Of a stretch of 64,000 nt of DNA, positions 1 to 12,940 are shown piece after piece. The DNA is from Eledone cirrhosa (taxonomy: Eukaryota): positions 18,166,001-18,230,000 of the forward strand of contig OZ024743.1 in assembly GCA_964016885.1 (NCBI GenBank), given 5' to 3'. The position numbers and the translations under genes were made by a program. Every line of letters begins with the position of its first letter. Within the stretch, counting starts at the first letter, position 1. The notes below the pieces were generated by a model. It was not told the origin of the DNA and made no database searches. It saw nothing but the letters and a program-made list of their open reading frames with translations.

Positions 1-1018
1 CCGCTGCATTCCGTCGAGGTAGACACTAAAGTACATCCCTCGATCCGTCCCGCCGCTGCCCCCGAACAACTGAGCGAAGTGTCGCTGAAAAGCTTCACAC
101 ATTTTCCCGGGAACGAGTAGCATACGCCCGTCGTGGTCCACCAAACACCGGATCGTGGCTTTGTTGCCATGATGCGCCTCCACCACTTGTTGACGATGGC
201 ACCCGTCAACGCCCGCTTAACTAGTTTGCTAAACCGGTCTCTGTAGGTCTTGCGCGCTGGTAAGGACGCGTTTAGCTTCCAGTAGCCGGGTCCTCGTCTA
301 TGAAGCCTATCTAAGTCAAGCACACAGATCATGCATGTGTGGTCCGTGTAGCTGACTAATTTTAATTGTTGACAGCCTATGCTAGACCTATCTATTTTTC
401 TACAAATTACTCTATCTAGATATGATCTGGATGACCCTATGCGATTTGTCCAAGTCCACATTGGCACATTCGGGAAATCCAATCGTTACCTGGCAGACAG
501 TTCAAAACGCCTGAGCATATTGGTGAGGCTCTTGCACCCTCCTCCCCTATCCGCTAATCTAAAACAGTCCCAGTGTGCATCTAAGATCCCGTTCCAGTCG
601 CCCACTAACACTAAAGTGCGGCACGTTCCAAGAAACGTCTCCAGACGCCGGAAGAAATCAGGCCGTCCTGCTCCTGTCGGAACATTGACGGCCACTAGCA
701 TGAAAGCTTGCCCGTCTCCGCTGGTCATGTCTAGCACCACCAACTTACCTTCTTGGTCCAGGAAGACGGCCCGTATGGCGAGATCCAAACCTCTCCGAAA
801 AAGCACAGCAACTCCTGCCCTGATCCAGGACGGCTGGGAGATGCTTACACATCGTAGCCACCGAAGATCGGTGCGAAGGCCCGTGCTTCGGAGATTCTGG
901 TCTCGCTGGTGGCCACTACATCTATGTTTAGGGACCTGAGGTCATAGAGCAGGTGGCCCTGCTTCCATGACGACACAAGCCACGCGCATTCTTGCTGCCT
1001 ATTCTGAGTGAGGTGATG
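1..1018 (-). pseudogene. LINE ORF2 N-terminal APE endonuclease region, disrupted
   Basis: ORFs 845-1051 and 486-806 carry the APE motifs SETR and GDWN. Start codon of copy 2 is mutated here; frameshifts and an internal deletion are present. Confidence 0.8.
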
Positions 1019-1056
1019 TTGAAATGGAGTGGAAAAGATGGGAAAGACCACTTACC

Positions 1057-2983
1057 TTACTTCACGTTGAGGAAGGATGGTTTCTCCATCCTTTTCACCG
1101 CTTGTGGCATCCTCCGGAGGATGTCCTTATAAATCCTCTTGGAGAGTGCTTGTCGGAAGTCTCCGATGTCTTTCAGGAATTTTGGTTTTAGTGTCTTATA
1201 CGTTTTCTGTGTGATGCGAGTGATTTGTATGTGTGGAAGTGGTGTGAACTTTTGGGTTGTTGTGGAGTCTTTTTCTGTGATGCTGGTTTTGTGTTGGATG
1301 TAGTGTAATAATTGGTTCTTGTTTAAATTTAATGCTGTGTAGTGTGTATCGTTTTCGTTGTTTTGTTTTGTTTGCGTTTGTTGTGGGTTTGTTTCTGTTT
1401 CGCTTTTTGGTGACTTTTGTGGTGTTGGTGATGGTGGTGTTGGGGTTAATGATGGTGATGGTGTTGGTGTTTGTGGTGATGGGGTTGGTGATGCTGGTGT
1501 GGATGGTGGCATATCTTTCCTAACTCTTTTGTTTAAATTGTTTATTTGTTTCCCTCTGTCTTTTATTTTTGGAAGGGGGAGGAAGAAACATTTTTCTTTT
1601 CTGGCTTCTTTTTCTTTTTTTCTTTTTTCCTGATACCGTTTCCCACACTTCGTCGTCACAATCTGTCTCCAGTTGCGATAGGTCGGGGAGTGGAATATCC
1701 TCCACAGGCGTTGGTTTTGGTTGTGGCCTGGTGGATGGTGTAGGCGCTGGTGCTAGTTTTGGCACGCCGGGTGGTGGTGGTGTTGGTTTTGCTGCTGTTG
1801 CTGGGGTGGTGCTGTTACAGTTGCTTCTGTTGTTGCTGCTACATTTGTTGCTGCCATTTCTGCTGTTGGTGGTGTTGATGGTTGAGTCACTGGGGTGGGT
1901 AAGAGAGATGGCATCAACCTTTTAGCCTGAGGGCAGAAAGCCCTTAGGTGGGTTCCTTCACCACAAATGACACACCCAGGCCTTCTGCCCTCGACGAGTA
2001 CGGTGAGGTGGCTGGGTCAGTGAGGTCTATTACCCCTGGGATCTCCTCAATGCTTTTTTGGCCCGCTTGGATCAGGAGCTCCATCCCAGATCCGGACCAG
2101 TTCTCCTGCTTTTCCTTCGCTATTTCGATTATCTTGGTGTTGGCCTTGATGCCGGCGAGGACGGCAGCCATTAGCCAGGGAATTTCGATGGCCGGTGGAA
2201 CGTGGGTCACCCTGATCTTCACGAGTCTCTGTCCACAATAGCTTGGGACGAGTGTGAAGTCATCACTTCTTAATGGGGCCATGGAGTGTTCTCTGGCCTC
2301 CTGTGGTGTTTCAAAGAACACGTCCACGGTTCCATATTTCTGCCCACGTCTGATGTGGGTTTTTTTTGCCCACACATGTCCCAAAGCTTTTGGGATTTGG
2401 GAGTCGGATGGCCGTTCCACTCGGCGCGATTTTATGTTAATCGTCCGATAAGACACGGTGCATAGGCGCCGATGCTCCATTTATTTAGGTGAGGGTGGCT
2501 GAGGCTGACCCTGTACCCATTTTACATTACCATTTTGGGGGCTTCTTCTAATGCCTCCTGAGATACCTGGAATACTTCGCACTTTTTTGCTACTCTGGCA
2601 AAAGACAGGGTGGTTTTCTTATTCTCATTGTTGCTGTTGTTATTATCGTTATTTTTGTTTTTGTTAATTTTAGTTTCAGTTGTGGTGGGTTTGGCGCCAG
2701 ATGTGTTCGGTCTGGAAGAGTTCATTATGGGTGAAATTATTTCGATATCACGAGATAATTTATTTTTTTCTTTTGTTTCTGTTGTCGCTGTGGTGGAGGT
2801 GGGGCTGGCGGCTTCAACACCTGTAGTCATTGGTAATGGCGGGAAATGAATGTTTGTCTAAGACAAATTTAAAATATTGCTACTGCTTATATTTTTTGTG
2901 TTGGCAAACTTAGTAATATTTACAATGGTGGTGTCGGTGTGAGGTGTTAGTTTGTGAGGAAGGTTTGATTCTGAGTCGTCCAT
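1057..2983 (-). pseudogene. LINE ORF1 (nucleic-acid chaperone/gag-like), frameshifted
   Basis: ORF pieces 2522-2830, 1944-2480, 1520-1765 and 1057-1659 match ORF1 pieces of copy 2 (LSFARVAK, YRTINIKS, RRGQKYGTVDVFF, KKKKRK). Confidence 0.8.
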
Positions 2984-3198
2984 GATTTTTTCAAAGAAAA
3001 GTTTTTTGTTTGATCATTATAAAAGCTTAAATTTTGACTCAAGGCCCCAATCCTTTTGAGTGTCCTTTTCAGAAAGCAATGTATGTGCACATATATACAG
3101 TTAACAATAATAGATTTCCATGAATGGCAATTTTAAACAACTGAAAATAACAAACCTTTGCGGAGCTCACGATAATACGATTTACTACGTAAGTCGCC

Positions 3199-3233
<35 letters not shown>
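3199..3233. repeat. (AAT)n microsatellite at LINE 5' junction
   Basis: Direct reading. Confidence 0.95.
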
Positions 3234-3235
<2 letters not shown>

Positions 3236-3557
3236 TGTTTGCGAACCCAGCCGTATCAATTCTAGAGGGTTGCTTCTAATAGGACCGTATTCAAAGTGTT
3301 ACTGCTTATTCTGCGTCATGCGTGTAAAGTAGGAGAGAAGGTTTATTTTCGTGAAACAAGAGAATAGTAGAGCAAATAACCCAACTTCCGCACCTTTCTT
3401 CGATTCAACTATGGCTTTATGTTCGTCGTTGTAACGGGTTTTCAGTGATGTTCCCCAAGTGGTATACATATGTTCTTAATAGAATTATTTGTAAACCTAG
3501 GTTGATATAGTTTGAAATCATACATTATGAAATAATCTGAATAACAAGAAATAATAA

Positions 3558-3743
3558 TTGTTTATACTTTTGGCACAAGCCGAGCAATTATCTCAGTGTA
3601 TTACTGGTACTTTATTTTATCGACCACGTACAGATGAAAGCCAAAGTTAACCTCGGCTGGATTTGAACTCAGTCCGTAAAGGGACGTAACAGTGCTACAA
3701 AACATGGCGTCCGACTCTCTACCGATACTGCCAAAGCACCGCC
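3558..3743 (-). mobile_element. tRNA-derived SINE, family S1 (Meta/MESC-like core), (ATT)n tail
   Basis: Minus strand: A box TGGCAGTATCGG, B box GAGTTCAAATCC, core GCTTTCATC..GGTCGATAAAAT..AGTACC. Homologous to 52870-53043 and 29765-29852. Confidence 0.85.
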
Positions 3744-4220
3744 CAAGAAATAATAATATTTATAAACACTTCCAAACATTCCCACATTGAAATATTCATT
3801 ACTATAGAATATACGCGATAAAATGTATGTATTTACTTCTAAATTGTAATATTCTAATACACGCAATTTGTTGTGGATTCATTAAATCTTGCAAAACCAC
3901 GAACATGCCAATTTACGAAACATATCTCACATTGTGTTTAGATAACATATAAAACGTGACGAAGAACTATATCATATATATCATACAGAAGAAATATTAA
4001 TGTTGTCGTAATGGTATTATTGCCTCGTGTGTGCAGCAGTGGTTTGTCGAGCTTTTTCTGAGTAAACAACACGGAAAATATGGTGGTGGCTTCTTGACTC
4101 ATCAACGTTGAGATATTGTCACATTCTCAAAATATTTTACTTCAACAATGTTCCAAAATATGTCCGTGTTAACCGCATAATTAATATTACTAATCATAGA
4201 GCTGTTGACATAAAATCAAA

Positions 4221-4282
<62 letters not shown>

Positions 4283-4399
4283 TGTGTGTGCATGTATGTT
4301 CAGGTGTGTTTGTGCGCAAATATTAAACAGAGAAAACAAAGCTAAAAACGCAATACAATGAGAAATATCGTAATTTAACACTTGATATAGTCGGTTAAG

Positions 4400-4440
4400 C
4401 GTGTTTACGTTTCAGATACAAGTCTTTCATCAGTCGCCCG
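4400..4440 (-). ncRNA. Hammerhead ribozyme motif (PLE 3' end remnant)
   Basis: Minus: GGGCGA CTGATGA AAGA-CTTGTA-TCT GAAAC GTA. Core boxes and stem II intact; stems I and III decayed. Confidence 0.6.
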
Positions 4441-4885
4441 AATTAGAAATAAAAAAACGAAATAGAAAGATAGACGGTGAGAGCAGGGGGCTACGGAAGA
4501 ACTTCTTCAGAAAAATCACGCCTGTATTGAGTCAGTCAAGGCTAAGGATGCGTGTACGATTTAAGTAAATCACGACGAAATGTCACGTATGTTTTTATTG
4601 ATTTTGAACAGGTTATGCAAGATTCTCAGGTGTATCGCTACTCCTTATATCTGTTATACCTTATATTTGTTATACACCAGGCTCGAATATCATTCGGTTG
4701 ATCAGACTTATTAGTCAACGGAAAATCAAAATTTTCTCAGATGACCTCCTGTATCGCACGAAATATATTGTTCACGTTGATTAACAAGTCTGATGAGCAG
4801 TTTTATAAAGCATCTGCAACGGAATATAGACTTTGATTCAAATATATGGAAAACGTTCGTAACTTTGTGATGAATAAAGAAGATC

Positions 4886-4918
<33 letters not shown>

Positions 4919-4944
4919 AGTGTGTGTGAGAGAGAGAGAGAGAG

Positions 4945-6240
4945 GAATTTATAAAATCATCATTTAAAACAGCACAATCCAGATGCGTGGAAATACGATT
5001 TATTGTTTAACTTTTACACGTGTTTCATAGTGTATAGTACATATCAGTCTTGGTTTGCTCGTATTTGATTAATTTAATTAAAATAACTCACATCCAACTA
5101 CTTAAATAACAATATGTCATTACAACACATTTTCGAAGTGTAATGCGAATTTGATAACATATATGGATATATAGAACGCAAAAATAATAAATAGATCATA
5201 AGAAGGGGGGAAAGGAGGAGAAAGAAAAGGAGAGGAGAAAGTAGTAAAAGAAGATGAAACACGACGAGAAGGGAGTAAAAGATAGGAAGAAATACATGAA
5301 AGGAAGGAGATGGAGAGGTACATAGAGAATAGTATTTTAGATAGAAAGAATATAGTAGGAGAATAGTAGGAAGATTAATGAAGATACTAAGGTGGTGAAT
5401 ATTAGAGAAAGAGAACGAAGGGGAAGATACATTAACACATTTAAGAGTTAGAGTTTTATAGTAGTAATTTTAGTATTATATAACAACAACACTTATAATG
5501 TTCAACGTATATCCATCAATTTCAGTGCTATATTTTCCTTTTCGAATAAGAATCTAGTCGGCCTTATTTCAATGAAGTAGGGAATCGGCGTCAGATATAT
5601 GGCCTTTGTAAATAATAACTAGCGTGGTAGACTAAAGGACTGAGTTCATAGGTTTTAGCTTCAAATCATCTGTGAGTTATGATTATAATAAAATAAAATT
5701 TCAAATTGGTTGTATTTGCAATTAAATATATATTTTCCTGCCAAGCATTTACTAGTTTTGTGCCAGTTATAATGAGATAAATTTCGAGAGTACTGTTGCG
5801 ACATATTTTTGTAACATGCTGATATTTATGGGCACATTCTATGATAGACCATGAAATCTCGTACTTTTTTATAGATTCTATTAACACCCAAATCTTACTA
5901 GCTAGTGGTCTGGAGTTTCGTAGTTTAGGGTTCGTTCTTAAATGAATGTGTGTACATACCACCTTTTCTTGAAAAAGTTCGATGCTGCTCCTATATTCCT
6001 GAATATTTAGAAATGTACTTTGATTTCATTCATCCGGTTTCCTGCAGCTGCAATTCAAATGTCTCATATGGGTTGGTTCCCTATTGCTAGAGCTCTTAGA
6101 TTTGTTACATAATCCACGGGTCTGTGAGTAGAATTCTATATTATTTTTTACACTTAGACTGTTGGTTTGGCAGGGAACTACAGGATGAAAGGAAGGACAT
6201 TGTCGTGTGTTTTCGACAATGATTATTGTGTTTATTATCG
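4945..6240 (-). mobile_element. Decayed Naiad-type PLE 3' portion (GIY-YIG C-terminus, 3' UTR, degenerate hammerhead near 5010-5050)
   Basis: ORF 5666-5962 YEISWSIIECAHKYQHVTKICR..LEIYLI aligns with the EN C-terminus at 58527-59120. Minus CTGATAT...GAAACACGTGTA followed by AATAAA. Confidence 0.6.
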
Positions 6241-8718
6241 TTGTATATGCGATGGCGTGTTCTATTTAACTATTTATATATATAACCAATAGTTTCAGTG
6301 CAAAAATAATATAGAATTCCGTTCATAGGAGGAAGTATATATGCATATGATAGAAGGGAATATGTTCGCAGTATTTCCATTTCCATTTAAACCTACTCGA
6401 ACGAGAAGGAAGAATCTTAAACTGATTAATTGCAATTACCATTTCAAATATTATTAAATCTATCAAATAATGAAAAACGATATAAGCTACTGCTGAAATA
6501 ATATTAAAAAGCAGTCCCTTAATGTGGTTAAATAAAATACAATGATAATATATATATTTAGCGAAAACTGAAAAACAAGTGTATGAATAACAAACGATTC
6601 AATCGTGATATGAAATGTGTAAACCCTGAGTGGTAATGAAAGTGTAATTATTTTGAAATAATCTAACCTATTAATGGATTTGACTTTATTAATGAATTCA
6701 TATCATTTAAAGCGTATGTCAATTTATTGTCACAAATAATTGTGTTGTAAGATCTGAACGTTTGTTCATCATAGACTGTAGTTGTTTCATTAATGGGAAG
6801 TGAATCTTTTAATTATTTGAGTGTTATAATTTAATGGATGATTTGAACTGGATTTAATCTAAACTGTTTAGTTTCTATTAAATGAACAAATTTACTTAAA
6901 CTGTCGATTACACCGAAATATTTACGTTTGCGATAAATCACGATGCAATTTGTTACGGTTATTTCGTTACGGGTAATCCTGATTTCTGGTATATTTCTTC
7001 ACTATTATGAAGCCTATGTGGAACAATATGCACAAGTTCAATATATTCCCCATTTCCAGTTATTTGTGTAATGGGATGCAATTTGAAAATATATTTAACT
7101 ATATTCAATTAAGAACATTCGAAATGCTTATTGATTAATTAAAGTGTATGACATTAGGATATTAAATTGTTTCACTAGTGCATATCTAATGTGGTCGAAG
7201 TTGAATGCAATTAACAAACAATGCACCATGAGATATGTTAAAACGTACCTTGATCATGAAATGGTTTAGATTAATTCGCAATTATAAATTTTTCATTGTA
7301 ATTCACTTTTATGATTCACATCAAACAAACCTCGGCGTCTTTCCATGCTTGATATTAAACAAAACTATAAAACGTTGTGTCTATTTATTCATTTCATTAA
7401 ATATTTTCTTTACTCATGGGTATCTTGGTAAGTACTACAATGTATCCCGGAAGCGTCTGTTTTAGTTTCTATTAATTACTATTTACGTTTCCTAATTCTT
7501 AGATTCATTTCCAATGCTTAATTAACCAGATATCTGATATATTTATGTAGGTGCATGCTATATCACTTATTTAAGCAAATACGTCCATTTCAGATGCAAT
7601 ATCCTGCAACCTTCATTCGTAGTAAATAATTAGGGAGTTTATGTTTTAAATTTTTTATATTAACATAATTTGAACAAATTGAAGCTTATTTTTTCAAGAA
7701 TTACTAGAGTATTATCGAAAATATTTCTGTACAATTTGATTAATTCAAATTGAAAATGCTATAGCAGAACAACATTATAAGTTGAAATCTAAATTTGCTT
7801 TTTAGAGGATAATATTCACTCCTATGACTCTTTTCCTAAAACTGAGAACGTGATGTCTATAGCGGCTTAATGCAAGTAACATCAAAATTACACCATTGTG
7901 TAAAATGCCATTTATTCACCAATTAGAGATTTCCTATACATTATATTGTCTTCCGTGTGATTTCCACTGAATCAATTGACAACTCTATTTTCGGAAATTA
8001 CTCTCAGACTAAACAATATTAACAGTTATGTACATCATGTTGCTGCATTATTTATTCAAAGCTATTTCGAAATATTAAAAATCAAATGAAGTATTTATAC
8101 TTTACATCAATTCTGTATACACGATTTCCAGGGAGTGTACTATAGCGCTTCATTAATAAAAGCATCAGACATATATGCTTGTAATAGAAAGTATTTCAAT
8201 AAATATTTATCTCAGACCAGCTATCACCAGCAACACCACAGACTCATATGATTAACGGCAGTATCAATGTATAGTCCTCCAAGCTATCTCACATTTAACA
8301 AAATGGTATTGTTGTCGATATAATCGCACCTCAGCTCTTGTGATAGTATTTTCTTTGACCTTCATTGCAGCTGCTAATATTCATAAGTTTGCTTTGATAA
8401 TATGTTTTGGCTTCAGTTCTGTTACTTTTATATGTTTCTAATACTATGCAAGAGAATAATGACCACGAGGCAAATTTAACACTATTCTAATTCGAACAAT
8501 ACAGACACCACGAATTATATCACTATTCATATACTATTTTCTATATATCTTTACTAAATATTATAATTTCCATTAATCTTTTGCTTTAATCTTTTAACTA
8601 TATAGTCTTCGAAATCAAAAGTCATCACCGTTCGAATGATAATATGAATATACAATGAACACGGAAATTTACAAAAGCTAATGTAAACCAGATAATCTGA
8701 CTGCATATATATATATAT

Positions 8719-8868
8719 AACGAAGGTGTGGTAAGGAACCAGATAGATCATAACGCACCAGAGTACTCAATACTTAGGGTAGTAGAATGGGTAATAGGAA
8801 CATGTTAAACCCCGAACGGCAGAGCTGTCGTAATGGCTCGAGCTCTGCCGTCGGGGTTAAATATTTTC
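8719..8868. mobile_element. Short PLE-derived family B insertion (fold-back) in (TA)n
   Basis: GTGTGGTAAGGAACC..ATAACGCACC..GTACTCAATAC..ACCCCGA..GGCAGAGCT with an inverted GAGCTCTGCCGTCGGGGT. Family recurs at 14561, 55446, 57879, 62741 and 62878. Confidence 0.7.
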
Positions 8869-8869
8869 C

Positions 8870-8908
<39 letters not shown>

Positions 8909-8927
8909 ACATATATATATATATGTA

Positions 8928-9346
8928 GGAGGTGAGTTTTATTGTAGTACAATAAAGCAATTCAGATATCGGATAAGAAGCACTCTACAGTTTGTGGGAC
9001 TGGAGTATGCATAATATAAGATCAAAAGATGGTTAAAGGAGTTCCATATATTTTATTATGCGCATTTCAAAAACAAACATCATCAAGCAATAATATTTGT
9101 GTTTTCATCAGATAAAACAGGAGAACATGATATGAAGGCTAAAAAACACTTGTGGATAGTGCAGTTTTAAATCAACATATGTTGATATGTTGATTTAAAA
9201 CTGCACTATCCACAAGTGTTTTTTAGCCTTCATATCATGTTCTCCTGTTTTATCTGATGAAAACACAAATATTATTGCTTGATGATGTTCGTTTTTGAAA
9301 TGCGCATAATAAAATATATGGAACTCCTTTAACCATCTTTTGATCT

Positions 9347-9354
<8 letters not shown>
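8928..9354. repeat. Near-perfect palindrome (arms 9011-9180 / 9185-9354) with ~80-nt one-sided tail, hammerhead in each arm
   Basis: 170-bp arms with one mismatch that I could find. Plus arm: GTTTTAT CTGATGA AAAC...GTTTTT GAAA TGCGCA TA ATAAAAT (core at 9254). Confidence 0.9.
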
Positions 9355-9400
<46 letters not shown>

Positions 9401-10334
9401 TAAAATAACAGATTACAGTTTAAGCAAAGAATCGCTGCTTTCACAGTTAACGGGATCTTCTGAAACTAACAAAGTCAATCTGTAAATGCAGAACTGGATA
9501 TTTCAAAAAACGTTGCAACCGGAGGAAGACAGGAAGACGATACTTTGGTTCGTGGTAACGTTCGCTGGCAAAGAACGGGAAAAAACGAATAATACGTCAT
9601 TAATAGGAGCGGTGAAAAACAATTACGCGTAAAGACAGAACCAGGTTTATGGTATAAAAGAGGTCGTAGACTAATGTTCTCTTAGGTGGTGCATAGAGAC
9701 GTTCTCTGGCAATGAACGAAAAAACGAAAATAATAAGTCATATGTGGAACGTGGAGAACAATAGCACGCAAAGACAAAACCACGTAAATGGTATAGCAGA
9801 AGTCGTAGACTAAAATTCTAACTAGGAGACCAAATGAATCTCCGCTACAGAGTTAATAACAAAGTAAATAAATACAATACAGAATTAATAGAAACAAATA
9901 AATACATACACGGAAACAGATACGTACATACACAAGCATACGCAAAACCTTACCATAGGTATACAAAACCACGCACATATAAATATATGTGTGTGTATGC
10001 TTGTGTACAAATAAATAAATAATTATATAAACGTATATAAGTAAATAAATACGTATATAACAAGCGCACACGCATACCTACATATAAATACACGAATATT
10101 CGGAGACGTAAGTCAACTAAAACAAGAAGTACACATATACACACACCCACCATACGTACGAACCTGCATACTCACGCAGACGCAAAACTCCCGTATACAC
10201 ATAGCCAAACCCTATATACCAGAATATGTAAAAATTATACGCCATAACAGTCAAATATACGTACGAGAAGGTATACATACCTTCACAAAACATACGGGTA
10301 ATATATACTTACCTATACAAATAAGTAAAGGAAT

Positions 10335-12433
10335 TGTAGCGGTTGTCTCCCTTGGATCTAGACGGGAAGTGGGACCCTTTCTGCAACTTCCGGTCAGAGC
10401 CCTATAAAACTAACAACTTTAAGCTTCCTTTCTCTCATTGCCTTTTCGGCACCAGGACAAGAGCCTCTCATTGGGCTCCGCCATTAATTTGGCCAACAGG
10501 CGCCTGGCCTTAGCCAGGCGTCCTCTGCCAGCCGCGTTTGCCTGGCAATCAAAACGGTAACTACTAACTTTGTTTCATTCTAACATCTATTCCTATTGAC
10601 ATGTCAACCATACTGTTAAATGCTTGATTAAATATTATACACACAAACCATGTCTCGTTTTGTTACATTCATACAACCCAGTATCCTCGCTATATTGATA
10701 ACCCTAACGTGATACGAACACGCAGCCGTTCATCGCTATAAGTGGTCACCCCCCCAAAAAAAGAAAAAAATAGCACATCTGGTTTTGTGAGTAACATTAC
10801 GAATACACAGCAAATTTAGCGACAAACTATGAAAATACTCAAGGACACGCACACACGCACATGTGGAATTCGCACAGACAGACTTTTTCTCTCACGCATC
10901 AACTAACTGTCGCATTTCACCAATATATATATATGTTTCTCGTTTCTTACAACGAACACTTTCAAAACGAAAAAAAACAAAAAAAAAAAAACATTTCACG
11001 ATATATATATATGTTTCTCGTTTCTTACAACGAACTCTTTCAAAACACAAAAAAAAGAAAGAAATTTGATATTCTTTAAATAACATTTCAACAGGAACAT
11101 TTATTTTCGATGAACCATTGCCTTTTTGTTCATCGTTTTCTTCATCGTTCAAGTTTTTTGTTTTTTTCCAAAGTTCACAGCAATAATTATGCTGATTGAA
11201 GCCTTTCTTTTTCATCATTGTCACTTTCAAAATTGCACTATCATTTTCTCGCGCGTTAGAAATATTTTTTTTCAACCTTGTATTGGCACGTGTAGGCAGC
11301 ATAAATTCTCGATTCACTGAGATGTCTCTACTCACAGACAGCCGCACGCCAGAGATAACATTTCTCCCCAGGGATTCTTCAGCCTTATGCTATATTCTTC
11401 TATTTGCCGGTTTATAGATTTACAATGTAAATTTACCGTTGATGACCGCGCATTTATTGAGAATGCTTATTTCTCTGGTCGCTGGCCTCTTGACCCTTCC
11501 AGGTCAACGCATTCTCAACATCGACCATCAACTTCGGCTGCTATTTCTAGCACTTTGCGCAACTTATTTCTTCTAAAAAAATTTTTTTTACAGTGAATTT
11601 AAACACCGAATACGCTCACTCAGCGAGACAACAGCAGCAGCAACAGGAATACATCAATACAGCTTCACCAAAGCCAGAGAATTCATTTTTGCAGCACTCT
11701 TCCTGTGAGAAAATCCATTCGGAGGTTGGAAATTTCACGATATACCACAGAACAGAAACCACCTGCATTCATTCTCTGGAACACACTTTCTTTCCTGCTG
11801 TCATGTGATTGCACACCTGTGAACTATACATTTGAACTTTGAGCTCTTCTATTACTTTTACTTTATTACATTGTATCTTTGGGTGATGGATGGATGGATG
11901 TCCAGTCGTTCTCTGGCCAAGAGCGGTTGACTACCTTGATATCTATCATTGATTTTTCCAAACATTCTTTTGTCGTAATGTTCATGCCTGTTACAACATT
12001 CTCGCCAACTTGCTACATATTTTCATTTCGATTTTTATACACTAAAATTCTGGCGGGAGGTTATGTAGCGGTTGTCTCCCTTGTTTTGATTGGGATCTAG
12101 ACGGGAAGTGGCACCCTTTCTGCAACTTCCGGTCAGAGCCCTATAAAACTAACAACTTTAAGCTTCCTTTCTCTCATTGCCTTTTCGGCACCAGGACAAG
12201 AGCCTCTCATTGGGCTCCGCCATTAATTTGGCCAACAGGCGCCTGGCCTTAGCCAGGGGTCCTCTGCCAGCCGCGTTTGCCTGGCAATCAAAACGGTAAC
12301 TACTAACTTTGTTTCATTCTAACATCTATTCCTATTGACATGTCAACCATACTGTTAAATGCTTGATTAAATATTATACACACAAACCATGTCTCGTTTT
12401 GTTACATTCATACAACCCAGTATCCTCGCTATA
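10335..12433 (+). mobile_element. Non-autonomous LTR retroelement (Gypsy-like, TRIM/LARD type)
   Basis: Near-identical LTRs 10335-10694 and 12064-12433 (TGTAGCG...CGCTATA). 4-bp TSD GAAT (10331-10334, 12434-12437). tRNA-Trp-like PBS at 10696 and PPT GGCGGGAGG at 12052-12060. No recognisable gag/pol inside. Confidence 0.9.
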
Positions 12434-12519
12434 GAATAAACAAACCATATACTTAGCTCCCACATCAAGACGTAGAATATCCACGTATAGATCGTGCTAT
12501 CCGTTAGGGTATAACGTGG

Positions 12520-12940
12520 GGCTGTAATACAGGAAAGTGTTGTGCAATTTATGTTTACAAGCCGAAATTGCCTCACATGTTTTGTTTAAGATGTGGTCTG
12601 TGGCGTAGAGTATTTCCAGGGCCTCAGCGGCGCAGAGGTCACATGATCTTTTATTTCCGTTATACGATCTAGCCCTAGCTAGGATCTCCCAGTGTAACTT
12701 ATATTGGGTGTGGTTGTCTTTTAGACTCCAGATTTAAGCTGAAAGTGACGTCATATTCCTTCTTAGCGGGTAACGAAATGAATGGGTATGCATGTAAAGA
12801 CGCTGCTTGAAACTATTGGCGGTTAACCCTATGTAGGACCTACGGGACGTGGGTGTTACAACCTTACATTTGTAGACAATGTTACTACAGAGGCATTTCC
12901 CGGATAGGGGGCAATCAGCCCGATTCCTACAATTACAGTT
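12520..12940 (-). pseudogene. GIY-YIG endonuclease (Naiad PLE C-terminus), frameshift/stop disrupted
   Basis: Manual translation: NCNCRNRADCPLSGKCLCSNIVYKCKV...SYIGLTANSFKQR...WEILARARSYNGNKRSCDLCAAE...SACKH. Not in the ORF track. Confidence 0.85.

Larger units (their letters stand above)
1..3198 (-). mobile_element. Tx1/L1-clade non-LTR retrotransposon, copy 1 (5' end intact, runs off window start)
   Basis: Colinear with 36076-41861. Same 5' terminus (minus GGCGAC(T/C)TACGTAGTAAAT) abutting (AAT)n. APE-like peptide (DVVATSETR, LVLVGDWNGILD) and ORF1 remnants. Confidence 0.9.

Noticed and set aside
379-939. Plus-strand ORFs antisense to LINE/Helitron coding regions (e.g. 379-939, 27915-28508, 37694-38143, 39999-40547)
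   Set aside because: Shadow ORFs of GC-richer TE coding sequence; not preserved between the two Tx1 copies.
3680-3743. tRNA genes at SINE heads (also 30730-30803 and 52970-53043)
   Set aside because: A/B boxes are present but there is no cloverleaf, and they are followed by SINE core and tail.
6300-8700. Unique AT-rich regions (also 32600-35800 and 53250-54900) as host gene exons
   Set aside because: No convincing ORF or splice structure; small exons cannot be excluded without RNA-seq.
10892-11347. 151-aa minus-strand ORF inside the LTR element
   Set aside because: No ATG start, runs through low-complexity duplicated sequence, no gag/pol motif.
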